From: Balanoglossus misakiensis
Taxonomy: Eukaryota > Animalia > Hemichordata
DNA length: 64,000 nucleotides
Direction of reading: 5' to 3'
Assembly (NCBI GenBank): GCA_040954595.2
Contig: CM082582.2
Location: 1,906,303 to 1,970,302 of the forward strand
Within the stretch, counting starts at the first letter, position 1, and the number at the start of each line of letters is the position of its first letter. Below, in pieces: positions 50,157 through 64,000 of this stretch. A program made the position numbers and the translations under genes. Under the pieces are notes generated by a model. The model saw nothing but the letters and a program-made list of their open reading frames with translations. It did no database searches and was not told where the DNA came from.

Positions 50157-52547
50157 GTAAATTGCAACGTTTGGCTTTATTGTAGGCTATTTTGGTTTAA
50201 GGCAGCGTTCACAAACATCACTGGAGGGGCCATGATAATTAAGAAAAAAACATTGTCGTTTTATTCTAACAACTCCTGGCACCCGCAAACAATTCACGTG
50301 GGCCTACCCACTTCCTTTCCAAAATTATTTAGTTTTAGACGGACTCTGCGCTGTGAAGCATTAAAAATTGACCCAAAGGGGATTAAATATTTACTTTAAC
50401 ATGTTCCAGTACGTTTTATCCTTGCTGCAATTTTGTTTTCTGTTTATGTTCGTTTGTTGCGCATTACAATATTTTGCTCATTCCCAATAAAATTGTTTAG
50501 CAGATTTTCTCTACCTTCAATCATTAAATGCAATTTTGTTTTGCTTGATTGTATCAAAGACTCTACGGTCTGTGGTTGTATTGGAGGAGGGTGGTCGTGA
50601 TTGTGTTGACCTGTTTATTTTGTATGACCGAATACTATCTATAATCCTCCAGACAGGATTTGATAGCTGACTTCTGCTTGCTTGTTTGCTGTGTGTGAAC
50701 AAATAGGCGTGGTTGTTGTGACGCGTCCTGAATGTGCGGTCAGTCAAGCAAAGACAACACCTCACATCACATCACCTTTGCTCGGAGTGACTTGACATTG
50801 TGGACGATGACCTGACATTGTCCATCAAGGGGGCAGTTGACCTTGGTGCAGCAAAGACATACATTTAACCTTTGTTGTTGGGGATGGGTTGAAATATGTT
50901 GTTATTGTTGTTGTTCCATATTGCACCGATTGTATGAGTTGATTAGACTCACAGTGTTTCCCCTGCAGTTGTGACTGACATTCAAGCTGTAGTTTTCAAA
51001 CTCTTATTCGATTTTGGTGACTTTGGGAAATGCCTCTTGGTTAGACATGGAAACATACCTCCGATGGTGGTCATAACATCATTGCTGTAGTTTTTTTTCA
51101 AACCAGTTGATGTTAATTTGTTAATTTATGTTTTTGTTCTTGTGCGGCATTTATCATCACGGAATACAATAGCTGTGAGTGTATAATTGCAGATTAATGC
51201 TGATTGATTGAATTCCTTTGTGTCACATGAAATACAGAATACTCGCGTGCTTTGAGGGATTACGTTTATACACATTTCGAATACTTCCGATAATTATCGC
51301 CTTTTAGATGTCCTTTGAAACTTTCTAAATTATCTGATATTTAGAACGTCTCTCGTTAACCCAATTTTCAATTGTGGTAAAATAAAAACGTTTGGTCATT
51401 CATATATGTATATGTTAGATTTCGTTATTTTCGTTGTAAAGGGGGGGGGGGGGGGCTTCGAATATACGCAAAATAACACTGCGTGTATACTTGTGTATTA
51501 GTGGGAATGGGAAGCACATGGCTGGTTGACACACGGGGATTGACACCACTATTTGTTCTGTAGAAACCATGGGTGAGGGACTGAGATAATCTTAGCACAA
51601 ATTGGCATTACAGCGTGGCGATTTGAACTTTGACAATTTATTAGTAGCGCTCCAAACTCCATCTATCTTAGACCACAGTCACTCTGTTTCAAATGCTGTA
51701 CACGTATATGAGGGACTGTTTTCAAAAAGATACTAAAGAAGGCGATAATTATTGCAAAAGTCCAATATTTTTGAAGGCTCTATTCAAAGTGGGTGAATTT
51801 ACCATTGTAAACCGATATTAATTTATTTCTTGCTTCTACCACACAAATCACACAAACTCAAATGTTTGTACACTATGGTGACAACAGCAATACGGCATGG
51901 GAACTTTACAGAAGATATGTGAAACATTTCCTATGATCACTGTTCATGTGGGAATGATCGTATTTAGTGATATGATTATTTAGAGTTTATTTTTCGGGTT
52001 AAACAGGCGGGCTGGAGGTGTTGATGCTGCGTGGACTTTGGCATATTCTGGGTGTGGGGTTGGGCTACACTACATGCAACTTGCATGTGAGTGTTCAATT
52101 AACTGAATGATTGTTGACAGAGCACAACACTGTTTATTTTGAATAGACAGAGCGAAGATTTGGCCGCTACTCAGACTGGAACGTTACGTTAACTGTGACG
52201 ATTGCCAGTTTAAGTAATATCGTCTTCGAGTTTAGTTTACAAATCTGGTCGTGATTGGGTGAATCAGGCGGCCTGGGTGATTACATTTATCATGTGGGTT
52301 GATCTAACGTATATATTTGCTGTAGGCATACTATGTCTGTGATTGTCAATTTATATTATGAAGTGATAAAACAATGACATATAAAGGTGCCATTTAATAA
52401 AACTAAATTAAAACGTGCGAAAATTACTTCCTATACGGGTACCTTTTTTCTGTGTCACCAATAACAGCACAGCCTTCACCATTCTTAAACTCCATGTACC
52501 AACTCTGACATCATAGACATACTAGAGCCAAATAAATGTGTAGTTAA

Positions 52548-53342
52548 GATGGGTCCCTGGGATCTTTTTGCCCGTTGCTATGGGCCTTTATAGGACATTA
52601 CACCCCGATTTGGACTAAGCCGTTTTCAGAGTCTAACAAGGGGCTGGTAACTAGTTGAAAATCTGCACGATTGTGAGCGCGCGCCCCCTGACGCCATTGA
52701 TATGCAAATTAGTTAGGTCAAATTTCAAAAGCCTAAGGCTTTTTATTCCGTGACCTCAAAAACGAACTTGATACGTATTCATTAGTTGCTTGAACCAGGG
52801 AAGATCGTGACGGATTTTGTTTTCGAATATTATCGTTGTATCCTACGATTTCAGCATACCCGTACCACACCTGAAAAAGTCATCGATTTTGGGTGTTTTT
52901 GGACGCACTCTTCCACTGGTATCGCTTCTTAGCACGACGAAAACCGAAAAAACGATACGTCACACTATGCGGAAGTGCGTTCTCAACAAGCAGGTCAAAT
53001 TTGGGTGGCCTACGTCGCCTGTGAAAAAAGCCTTAGGGATTTTCGTGAACGGTACAAAATCTCTGTGTACAAAACATTGGATTTTTAGCGTTCGATCCAG
53101 TTACTGTGGTTACAGGACGCGCACGCTATCGCTGACCGCTGCTTTGCCGTATTAGCGTGGCGGCCTATGGCCGGGCGGTAGCTGCCGTAAACATACTCAG
53201 ACAGGGGGTGTGCACACAATCGTGCGTATTTTAAACTAGTTACAAGCCCCTTGTCGGACGTTCATAACGGTTTCGATCAAAATTGAGTGTAGTGTCCTAT
53301 AAAGGCCCATAGCAACGAGCAAAAAGATCCCAGGGACCCATC
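52548..53342. mobile_element. 795-bp non-autonomous DNA transposon with TTAA TSD and long imperfect TIRs (Kolobok-like)
   Basis: TTAA|GATGGGTCCCTGGGATC...GATCCCAGGGACCCATC|TTAA. The first 49 bp have one mismatch and similarity extends about 140 bp. GA...TC termini fit Kolobok better than piggyBac (CC...GG). Confidence 0.85.
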
Positions 53343-54425
53343 TTAAAGCGTCGTAATTGATACTGAGATGACCATACAGTACAGCGCCATCTTTGGTAGC
53401 ATTTGATAATGCCTAAGGTGTGGAAGGGACATGCGCAGTCGGACCGAATCGGGGGGGGGGGGGGGGGGCAGGGTTCAAATGTAATGTTGTGTATAGTGTC
53501 AGTCGTGCTAGTGACTTCTGTCATGTCTATGAATAAATCTATACGATAGTAGACAACCAGACCAGTGTCCTGTACAATCTCCATTCGGTATTTAGCATGT
53601 AAATAGGGGAAAAGCGATATCTGGAAAGAGGAGTGATAAAAAAAACAAAATTACAAAACATAATCCCCCTTTACGTCAAACAGCTCTATTTCCTTATTAT
53701 TAGTGTCGAATTATTTCATGTCGCTTGTGATAAGCATTGAGTCAAAGTTCATTGCTGAAACAAATTGTCTGCGAACTGTTGGCATACATGCTTGAAAATA
53801 TTTTTTTTTCTTCTTAATCCATTTTTCTGTACTTGTAACAGGCGTCACTGATATCCAGATCGGAGATACCCTTCAGACAAATGGTCGCAAACCACGGCCT
53901 CTTTACGGCAACAGTTGAAGCTAGAAGAGGATTCGCGTTCCAAGTTAAACTCACTCACAGCCCCTCTCGCCGCCTACGCAGACCTATACATGTCATCAAC
54001 TCAACCTACACCGGTGTAACCTTCATGTATCGAGTACTTATCCTTTGCTAAACTGTTGAGGGCGCGAAACTGTGCAACATGTAAAGATCCTGGTCTCGGT
54101 TACCCAGACTCCTCTGCTTCATCTGCTGCTCTCCAGAAAAGAGTCTGGGGAAATGCTATAGAACGATTTGTAAAACAAAATGGCCGCAGTCAGGCTTTCC
54201 ATCAGCCGCTGATTGGCCGATCTGTCAGTATGACCTGAGTCACTGCAAATCGACTAAACTAAAATGGCGATGCAACATGTAGTAAATGACTCTTGGCAAT
54301 GCTTGAGTTGTTGTCTTGTCACATCAAAAGACTGGTATATACTTGTTGGGTGTTGTGAACATTTTAGTTGAGTTGCAGGTTTTAAGCCGATGTTTTGGTA
54401 AACATTAGGGCTATCTTGTAAATTT

Positions 54426-57400
54426 TACGAAGATTCAAAACGCTGGCAGAGGGAAAAAGCTGTTAATGGTGGGATGTCTTCTCACACAGGGCTCTACGAA
54501 CATTCAAAACTCTGACAGATGGATACAACTGTTAATGGTGGGATTTCTTCTCACACTGGGCTCTACGAAGATTCAAAACGCTGACAGAAGGAAACATCTG
54601 TTAATGGTGGGATTTCTTCTCACACTGGGCTCTACGAACATTCAAAACGCTGACAGAAGGAAACATCTGTTAATGGTGGGATTTCTTCTCACACTGGGCT
54701 CTACGAACATTCAAAACGCTGACAGAAGGAAACAGCTGTTAATGGTGGGATGTCTTCTCACACTGGGCTCTACGAACATACAAAACGCTGACAGAAGGAA
54801 ACAGCTGTTAATGGTGGGATTTCTTCTCACACTGGGCTCTACGAAGATTCAAAACGCTGACAGAAGGAAACATCTGTTAATGGAGGGATTTCTTCTCACA
54901 CCGGGCTCAAAGAACATTCAAAACGCTGACAGAAGGAAACAGCTGTTAATGGTGCGATTTCTTCTCACACCGGGCTCTACGAACATTCAAAACGCTGACA
55001 GAAGGAAACGGCTGTTAATGGTGGGATTTCTTCTCACACTGGGCTCTACGAAGATTAATAAACGCTGACAGAGGGAAACATCTGTTAATGGTGGGATTTC
55101 TTCTCACACCGGGCTCTACGAAGATTCAAAACGCTGACAGAAGGAAACATCTGTTAATGGTGGGATTTCTTCTCACACTGGGCTCTACGAACATTCAAAA
55201 CGCTGACAGAAGGAAACATCTGTTAATGGTGGGATTTCTTCTCACACTGGGCTCTACGAACATTCAAAACGCTGACAGAAGGAAACAGCTGTTAATGGTG
55301 GGATGTCTTCTCACACTGGGCTCTACGAACATACAAAACGCTGACAGAAGGAAACAGCTGTTAATGGTGAGATTTCTTCTCACACTGGGCTCTACGAACA
55401 TTCAAAACGGTGACAGAAGGAAACAGCTGTTAATGGTAGGATTTCTTCTCACACTGGGCTCTACGAAGATTAATAAACGCTGACAGAGGGAAACATCTGT
55501 TAATGGTGGGATTTCTTCTCACACCGGGCTCTACGAAGATTCAAAACTGTGACAGAAGGAAACAGCTGTTAATGGTGGGATTTCTTCTCACACCGGGCTC
55601 AAAGAACATTCAAAACGCTGACAGAAGGAAACATCTGTTAATGGTGCGATTTCTTCTCACACCGGGCTCTACGAACATTCAAAACGCTGACAGAAGGAAA
55701 CGGCTGTTAATGGTGGGATTTCTTCTCACACTGGGCTCTACGAACATTCAAAACGCTGACAGAGGGAAATATCTGTTAATGGTGGGATTTCTTCTCACAC
55801 TGGGCTCTACGAAGATTCAAAACGCTGACAGAGGGAAATATCTGTTAATGGTGGGATGTCTTCTCACACTGGCCTCTACGAAGATTCAAACCGCTGACAG
55901 AGGGAAACGGCTGTTAATGGTGGGATTTCTTCTCACACTGGGCTCTACGAAGATTCAAAACGCTGACAGAAGGAAATGGCTATTAATGGCGGGATTTCTT
56001 CTCACACTGGGCTCTACGAACATTCAAAACGCTGACAGAAGGAAACAGCTGTTAATGGTGGGATTTCTTCTCACACTGGGCTCTACGAAGATTCAAACCC
56101 CTGACAGAAGGAAACATCTGTTAATGGTGGGATTTCTTCTCACACTGGGCTCTACGAACATTCAAAACGGTGACAAAAGGAAACATCTGTTAATGGTGGG
56201 ATTTCTTCTCACACTGGGCTCTACGAAGATTCAAACCGTTGACAGAAGGAAACATCTGTTAATGGTGGGATTTCTTCTCACACTGGGCTCTACGAACATT
56301 CAAAACGCTGACAGAGGGAAATATCTGTTAATGGTGGGATTTCTTCTCACACTGGGCTCTACGAAGATTCAAAATGCTGACAGAGGGAAATATCTGTTAA
56401 TGGTGGGATGTCTTCTCACACTGGCCTCTACGAAGATTCAAACCGCTGACAGAGGGAAACGGCTGTTAATGGTGGGATTTCTTCTCACACTGGGCTCTAC
56501 GAAGATTCAAAACGCTGACAGAAGGAAATGGCTATTAATGGCGGGATTTCTTCTCACACTGGGCTCTACGAACATTCAAAACGCTGACAGAAGGAAACAG
56601 CTGTTAATGGTGGGATTTCTTCTCACACTGGGCTCTACGAAGATTCAAACCCCTGACAGAAGGAAACATCTGTTAATGGTGGGATTTCTTCTCACACTGG
56701 GCTCTACGAACATTCAAAACGGTGACAAAAGGAAACATCTGTTAATGGTGGGATTTCTTCTCACACTGGGCTCTACGAAGATTCAAACCGTTGACAGAAG
56801 GAAACATCTGTTAATGGTGGGATTTCTTCTCACACTGGGCTCTACGAAGATTCAATCCGCTGACAGAAGGAAACATATGTTAATGGTGGGATTTCTTCTC
56901 ACACTGGGCTCTACGAAGATTCAAAACGGTGACAGAAGGAAACATCTGTTAATGGTGGGATTTCTTCTCACACTGGGCTCTACGAAGATTCAAACCGTTG
57001 ACAGAAGGAAACATCTGTTAATGGTGGGATTTCTTCTCACACTGGGCTCTACGAAGATTCAATCCGCTGACAGAAGGAAACATCTGTTAATGGTGGGATT
57101 TCTTCTCACACTGGGCTCTACGAAGATTCAAACCGTTGACAGAAGGAAACATCTGTTAATGGTGGGATTTCTTCTCACACTGGGCTCTACGAACATTCAA
57201 ACCGTTGACAGAAGGAAACATCTGTTAATGGTGGGATTTCTTCTCACACTGGGCTCTACGAAGATTCAAACCGTTGACAGAAGGAAACATCTGTTAATGG
57301 TGGGATTTCTTCTCACACTGGGCTCTACGAAGATTCAAACCCCTGACAGAAGGAAACATCTGTTAATGGTGGGATTTCTTCTCACACTGGGCTCTACGAA

Positions 57401-60400
57401 CATTCAAACCGTTGACAGAAGGAAACATCTGTTAATGGTGGGATTTCTTCTCACACTGGGCTCTACGAAGATTCAAACCGTTGACAGAAGGAAACATCTG
57501 TTAATGGTGGGATTTCTTCTCACACTGGGCTCTACGAAGATTCAATCCGCTGACAGAAGGAAACATATGTTAATGGTGGGATTTCTTCTCACACTGGGCT
57601 CTACGAAGATTCAAAACGGTGACAAAAGGAAACATCTGTTAATGGTGGGATTTCTTCTCACACTGGGCTCTACGAAGATTCAAAACGGTGACAAAAGGAA
57701 ACATCTGTTAATGGTGGGATTTCTTCTCACACTGGGCTCTACGAAGATTCAAACCGTTGACAGAAGGAAACATCTGTTAATGGTGGGATTTCTTCTCACA
57801 CTGGGCTCTACGAAGATTCAATCCGCTGACAGAAGGAAACATATGTTAATGGTGGGATTTCTTCTCACACTGGGCTCTACGAAGATTCAAACCGTTGACA
57901 GAAGGAAACATCTGTTAATGGTGGGATTTCTTCTCACACTGGGCTCTACGAAGATTCAAACCCCTGACAGAAGGAAACATCTGTTAATGGTGGGATTTCT
58001 TCTCACACTGGGCTCTACGAAGATTCAAAACGGTGACAAAAGGAAACATCTGTTAATGGTGGGATTTCTTCTCACACTGGGCTCTACGAAGATTCAAACC
58101 GTTGACAGAAGGAAACATCTGTTAATGGTGGGATTTCTTCTCACACTGGGCTCTACGAAGATTCAATCCGCTGACAGAAGGAAACATATGTTAATGGTGG
58201 GATTTCTTCTCACACTGGGCTCTACGAACATTCAAAACACTGACAGAAGGAAACAGCTGTTAATGGTGGGATTTCTTATCACACTGGGCTCTACAAAGAT
58301 TCAACACGCTGACAGAAGGAAACATCTGTTAATGGTGGGATTTCTTCTCACACTGGGCTCTACGAAGATTCAAAACTGTGACAGAAGGAAACAGCTGTTA
58401 ATGGTGGGATTTCTTCTCACACTGGGCTCAAAGAACATTCAAAACGCTGACAGAGGGAAACAGCTGTTAATGGAGGGGATTTCTTCTCACACTGGGCTCT
58501 ACGAAGATTCAAAACGCTGACAGAAGGAAACATCTGTTAATGGCGGGATGTCTTCTCACACTGGGCTCTACGAAGATTCAAACCGCTGACAGAAGGAAAC
58601 GGCTGTTAATGGTGGGATTTCTTCTCACACTGGGCTCTACGAACATTCAAAACGCTGACAGAAGGAAACGGCTGTTAATGGCGGGATGTCTTCTCACACT
58701 GGGCTCTACGAACATTCAAAACGCTGACAGAAGGAAACATCTGTTAATGGTGGGATATCTTCTCACACTGGGCTCTACGAACATTCAAAGCGCTGACAGA
58801 AGGAAACCGCTGTTAATGGAGGGGATTTCTTTTCACACTGGGCTCTACGAACATTCAAACCGCTGACAGAGGGAAACATCTGTTAATGGCGGGATTTCTT
58901 CTCACACCGGGCTTTACGAACATTCAAAACGCTGAAAGTAGGGAAACATCTGTTAATGGCGGGATGTCTTCTCACACTGGGCTCTACGAAGATTCAAACC
59001 GCTGACAGAAGGAAACATCTGTTAATGGCGGGATGTCTTCTCACACTGGGCTCTACGAACATTCAAAACGCTGACAGAAGGAAACATCTGTTAATGGTGG
59101 GATGTCTTCTCACACTGGGCTCTACGAAGATTCAAACCGCTGACAGAGGGAAACATCTGTTAATGGCGGGATTTCTTCTCACACCGGGCTCTACGAACAT
59201 TCAAAACGCTGACAGAAGGAAACAGCTGTTAATGGCGGGATGTCTTCTCACACTGGGCTCTACGAAGATTCAAACCGCTGTCAGAGGGAAACATCTGTTA
59301 ATGGCGGGATGTCTTCTCACACTGGGCTCTACGAACATTCAAAACGCTGACAGAAGGAAACATCTGTTAATGGCGGGATGTCTTCTCACACTGGGCTCTA
59401 CGAACATTCAAAACGCTGAAAGAAGGAAACATCTGTTAATGGCGGGATTTCTTCTCACACCGGGCTCTACGAACATTCAAACCGCTGACAGAGGGAAACA
59501 TCTGTTAATGGTGGGATGTCTTCTCACACTGGGCTCTACGAAGATTCAAAACGCTGACAGAAGGAAACATCTGTTAATGGCGGGATTTCTTCTCACACCG
59601 GGCTCTACGAACATTCAAAACGCTGACAGAGGGAAACATCTGTTAATGGCGGGATGTCTTCTCACACCGGGCTCTACGAACATTCAAAACGCTGACAGAG
59701 GGAAACGGCTGTTAATGGCGGGATGTCTTCTCACACCGGGCTCTACGAACATTCAAAACGCTGACAGAGGGAAACGGCTGTTAATGGCGGGATTTCTTCT
59801 CACACCGGGCTCTACGAACATTCAAAACGATGACAGAGGGAAACATCTGTTAATGGCGGGATTTCTTCTCACACTGGGCTCTACGAAGATTCAAAACGCT
59901 GACAGAGGGAAATATCTGTTAATGGTGTGATGTCTTCTCACACTGGGCTCTACGAAGATTCAAACCGCTGACAGAGGGCAACGGCTGTTAATGGTGCGAT
60001 TTCTTCTCACACCGGGCTCTACGAACATTCAAATCGCTGACAGAAGGAAACGGCTGTTAATGGTGGGATTTCTTCTCACACTGGGCTCTACGAAGATTCA
60101 AAACGCTGACAGAAGGAAACGGCTGTTAATGGTGGGATTTCTTCTCACACTGGGCTCTACGAACATTCAAAACGCTGACAGAAGGAAACGGCTGTTGATG
60201 GTGGGATTTCTTCTTACACTGGGCTCTACGAAGATTCAAAACGCTGACAGAGGGAAATATCTGTTAATGGTGGGATTTCTTCTCACACTGGGCTCTACGA
60301 AGATTCAAAACGCTGACAGAAGGAAACGGCTGTTAATAGTGGGATTTCTTCTCACACTGGGCTCTACGAACATTCAAAACGCTGACAGAAGGAAACATCT

Positions 60401-63400
60401 TTTAATGGTGGGATTTCTTCTCACACTGGGCTCTACGAAGATTCAAAACGCTGACAGAAGGAAACGGCTGTTAATGGTGCGATTTCTTCTCACACCGGGC
60501 TCTACGAACATTCAAAACGCTGACAGAAGGAAACATCTGTTAATGGTGGGATTTCTTCTCACACTGGGCTCTACGAAGATTCAAACCGCTGACAGAGGGA
60601 AACGGCTGTTTATGGTGCGATTTCTTCTCACACTGGGCTCTACGAACATTCAAAACGCTGACAGAAGGAAATGGCCGTTAATGGTGGGATTTCTTCTCAC
60701 ACTGGGCTCTACGAAGATTCAAACCGCTGACAGAGGGAAACATCTGTTAATGGTGGGATTTCTTCTCACACCGGGCTGTACGAACATTCAAAACGCTGAC
60801 AGAAGGAAACATCTGTTAATGGCGGGATTTCTTCTCACACCGGGCTCTACGAACATTCAAACCGCTGACAGAGGGAAACATCTGTTAATGGTGGGATGTC
60901 TTCTCACACCGGGCTCTACGAACATTCAAAACGCTGGCAGAGGGAAAAAGCTGTTAATGGTGGGATGTCTTCTCACACAGGGCTCTACGAACATTCAAAA
61001 CTCAGACAGATGGATACAACTGTTAATGGTGGGATTTCTTCTCACACTGGGCTCTACGAAGATTCAAAACGCTGACAGAAGGAAACATCTGTTAATGGTG
61101 GGATTTCTTCTCACACTGGGCTCTACGAACATTCAAAACGCTGACAGAAGGAAACAGCTGTTAATGGTGGGATGTCTTCTCACACTGGGCTCTACGAACA
61201 TTCAAAACGCTGACAGAAGGAAACAGCTGTCAATGGTGCGATTTCTTCTCACACCGGGCTCTACGAACATTCAAAACGCTGACAGAAGGAAACGGCTGTT
61301 AATGGTGGGATTTCTTCTCACACTGGGCTCTACGAAGATTCAAAACGCTGACAGAAGGAAACGGCTGTTAATGGTGGGATTTCTTCTCACACTGGGCTCT
61401 ACGAACATTCAAAACGCTGACAGAAGGAAACGGCTGTTAATGGTGGGATTTCTTCTTACACTGGGCTCTACGAAGATTCAAAACGCTGACAGAGGGAAAT
61501 ATCTGTTAATGGTGGGATTTCTTCTCACACTGGGCTCTACGAAGATTGAAAACGCTGACAGAAGGAAACGGCTGTTAATAGTGGGATTTCTTCTCACACT
61601 GGGCTCTACGAACATTCAAAACGCTGACAGAAGGAAACATCTTTTAATGGTGGGATTTCTTCTCACACTGGGCTCTACGAAGATTCAAAACGCTGACAGA
61701 AGGAAACATCTGTTAATGGCGGGATGTCTTCTCACACTGGGCTCTACGAAGATTCAAAACGCTGACAGAAGGAAACGGCTGTTAATAGTGCGATTTCTTC
61801 TCACACCGGGCTCTACGAACATTCAAATCGCTGACAGAAGGAAACGGCTGTTAATGGTGGGATTTCTTCTCACACTGGGCTCTACGAAGATTGAAAACGC
61901 TGACAGAAGGAAACGGCTGTTAATGGTGGGATTTCTTCTCACACTGGGCTCTACGAACATTCAAAACGCTGACAGAAGGAAACGGCTGTTGATGGTGGGA
62001 TTTCTTCTTACACTGGGCTCTACGAAGATTCAAAACGCTGACAGAGGGAAATATCTGTTAATGGTGGGATTTCTTCTCACACTGGGCTCTACGAAGATTC
62101 AAAACGCTGACAGAAGGAAACGGCTGTTAATAGTGGGATTTCTTCTCACACTGGGCTCTACAAACATTCAAAACGCTGACAGAAGGAAACATCTGTTAAT
62201 GGTGGGATTTCTTCTCACACTGGGCTCTACGAAGATTCAAACCGCTGACAGAGGGAAACGGCTGTTTATGGTGCGATTTCTTCTCACACTGGGCTCTACG
62301 AACATTCAAAACGCTGACAGAAGGAAATGGCCGTTAATGGTGGGATTTCTTCTCACACTGGGCTCTACGAAGATTCAAACCGCTGACAGAGGGAAACATC
62401 TGTTAATGGTGGGATTTCTTCTCACACCGGGCTGTACGAACATTCAAAACGCTGACAGAAGGAAACATCTGTTAATGGCGGGATTTCTTCTCACACCGGG
62501 CTCTACGAACATTCAAACCGCTGACAGAGGGAAACATCTGTTAATGGTGGGATGTCTTCTCACACCGGGCTCTACGAACATTCAAAACGCTGGCAGAGGG
62601 AAAAAGCTGTTAATGGTGGGATGTCTTCTCACACAGGGCTCTACGAACATTCAAAACTCAGACAGATGGATACAACTGTTAATGGTGGGATTTCTTCTCA
62701 CACTGGGCTCTACGAAGATTCAAAACGCTGACAGAAGGAAACATCTGTTAATGGTGGGATTTCTTCTCACACTGGGCTCTACGAACATTCAAAACGCTGA
62801 CAGAAGGAAACAGCTGTTAATGGTGGGATGTCTTCTCACACTGGGCTCTACGAACATTCAAAACGCTGACAGAAGGAAACAGCTGTCAATGGTGCGATTT
62901 CTTCTCACACCGGGCTCTACGAACATTCAAAACGCTGACAGAAGGAAACGGCTGTTAATGGTGGGATTTCTTCTCACACTGGGCTCTACGAAGATTCAAA
63001 ACGCTGACAGAAGGAAACGGCTGTTAATGGTGGGATTTCTTCTCACACTGGGCTCTACGAACATTCAAAACGCTGACAGAAGGAAACGGCTGTTAATGGT
63101 GGGATTTCTTCTTACACTGGGCTCTACGAAGATTCAAAACGCTGACAGAGGGAAATATCTGTTAATGGTGGGATTTCTTCTCACACTGGGCTCTACGAAG
63201 ATTGAAAACGCTGACAGAAGGAAACGGCTGTTAATAGTGGGATTTCTTCTCACACTGGGCTCTACGAACATTCAAAACGCTGACAGAAGGAAACATCTTT
63301 TAATGGTGGGATTTCTTCTCACACTGGGCTCTACGAAGATTCAAAACGCTGACAGAAGGAAACATCTGTTAATGGCGGGATGTCTTCTCACACTGGGCTC

Positions 63401-64000
63401 TACGAAGATTCAAAACGCTGACAGAAGGAAACGGCTGTTAATAGTGCGATTTCTTCTCACACCGGGCTCTACGAACATTCAAATCGCTGACAGAAGGAAA
63501 CGGCTGTTAATGGTGGGATTTCTTCTCACACTGGGCTCTACGAAGATTGAAAACGCTGACAGAAGGAAACGGCTGTTAATGGTGGGATTTCTTCTCACAC
63601 TGGGCTCTACGAACATACAAAACGCTGACAGAAGGAAACGGCTGTTGATGGTGGGATTTCTTCTTACACTGGGCTCTACGAAGATTCAAAACGCTGACAG
63701 AGGGAAATATCTGTTAATGGTGGGATTTCTTCTCACACTGGGCTCTACGAAGATTCAAAACGCTGACAGAAGGAAACGGCTGTTAATAGTGGGATTTCTT
63801 CTCACACTGGGCTCTACGAACATTCAAAACGCTGACAAAAGGAAACATCTTTTAATGGTGGGATTTCTTCTCACACTGGGCTCTACGAAGATTCAAAACG
63901 CTGACAGAAGGAAACGGCTGTTAATGGTGCGATTTCTTCTCACACCGGGCTCTACGAACATTCAAAACGCTGACAGAAGGAAACGGCTGTTAATGGTGGG
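54426..64000 (+). repeat. 69-bp tandem satellite/minisatellite (continues beyond window end)
   Basis: Monomer gctgacagaaggaaacatctgttaatggtgggatttcttctcacactgggctctacgaagattcaaaac, roughly 139 copies. Confidence 0.98.

Noticed and set aside
51441-53468. Poly-G tracts at about 51441 and 53451
   Set aside because: Simple homopolymers, common in invertebrate genomes, with no further structure.
52511-53532. Outer element with tcatagacat...atgtctatga ends enclosing the TTAA MITE
   Set aside because: Only a 10-bp inverted match and no TSD in the flanks, which is insufficient support.
54466-59930. Long repeat-protein ORFs (up to 1005 aa) as a real gene
   Set aside because: A 69-bp monomer has one stop-free frame by construction. 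The variants are largely non-synonymous, +1 frameshifts and stops occur freely, and there is no unique N- or C-terminus.
1-64000. CRISPR array interpretation of the tandem repeats
   Set aside because: The monomers are repeated in full with no unique spacers, there are no cas genes, and the context is eukaryotic with spliceosomal introns.

Overview
Repeat-rich, heterochromatin-like eukaryotic window, most likely from an invertebrate animal; the taxon cannot be fixed from the sequence. About 55% is satellite DNA. A 142-bp satellite runs forward over 1-17299 and inverted over 31195-44958, and a 69-bp satellite fills 54426-64000. Four elements are inserted in the 142-bp array. (i) A Ngaro-type split-direct-repeat retroelement (11255-15634) has intact gag and RT/RNase H ORFs and recombinase-style ATTT junctions but no tyrosine recombinase ORF. 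(ii) A 13.9-kb CACTA/EnSpm-type transposon (17300-31194) sits exactly at the satellite polarity switch. It carries an intact ~990-aa transposase, a divergently transcribed 5-exon C14orf93-like accessory gene, and a set of degenerate repeats with apparently conserved RNA secondary structure. (iii) A 374-bp MITE has 69-bp TIRs and a 9-bp TSD. (iv) A 5'-truncated L2 LINE. The 45-54 kb interval holds an ankyrin-like exon, a RING exon, a decayed integrase-core transposase and a TTAA MITE. The short ORFs in the 142-bp satellite and the long ORFs in the 69-bp satellite are treated as artefacts. All family assignments come from motif recognition by eye; no searches were run.
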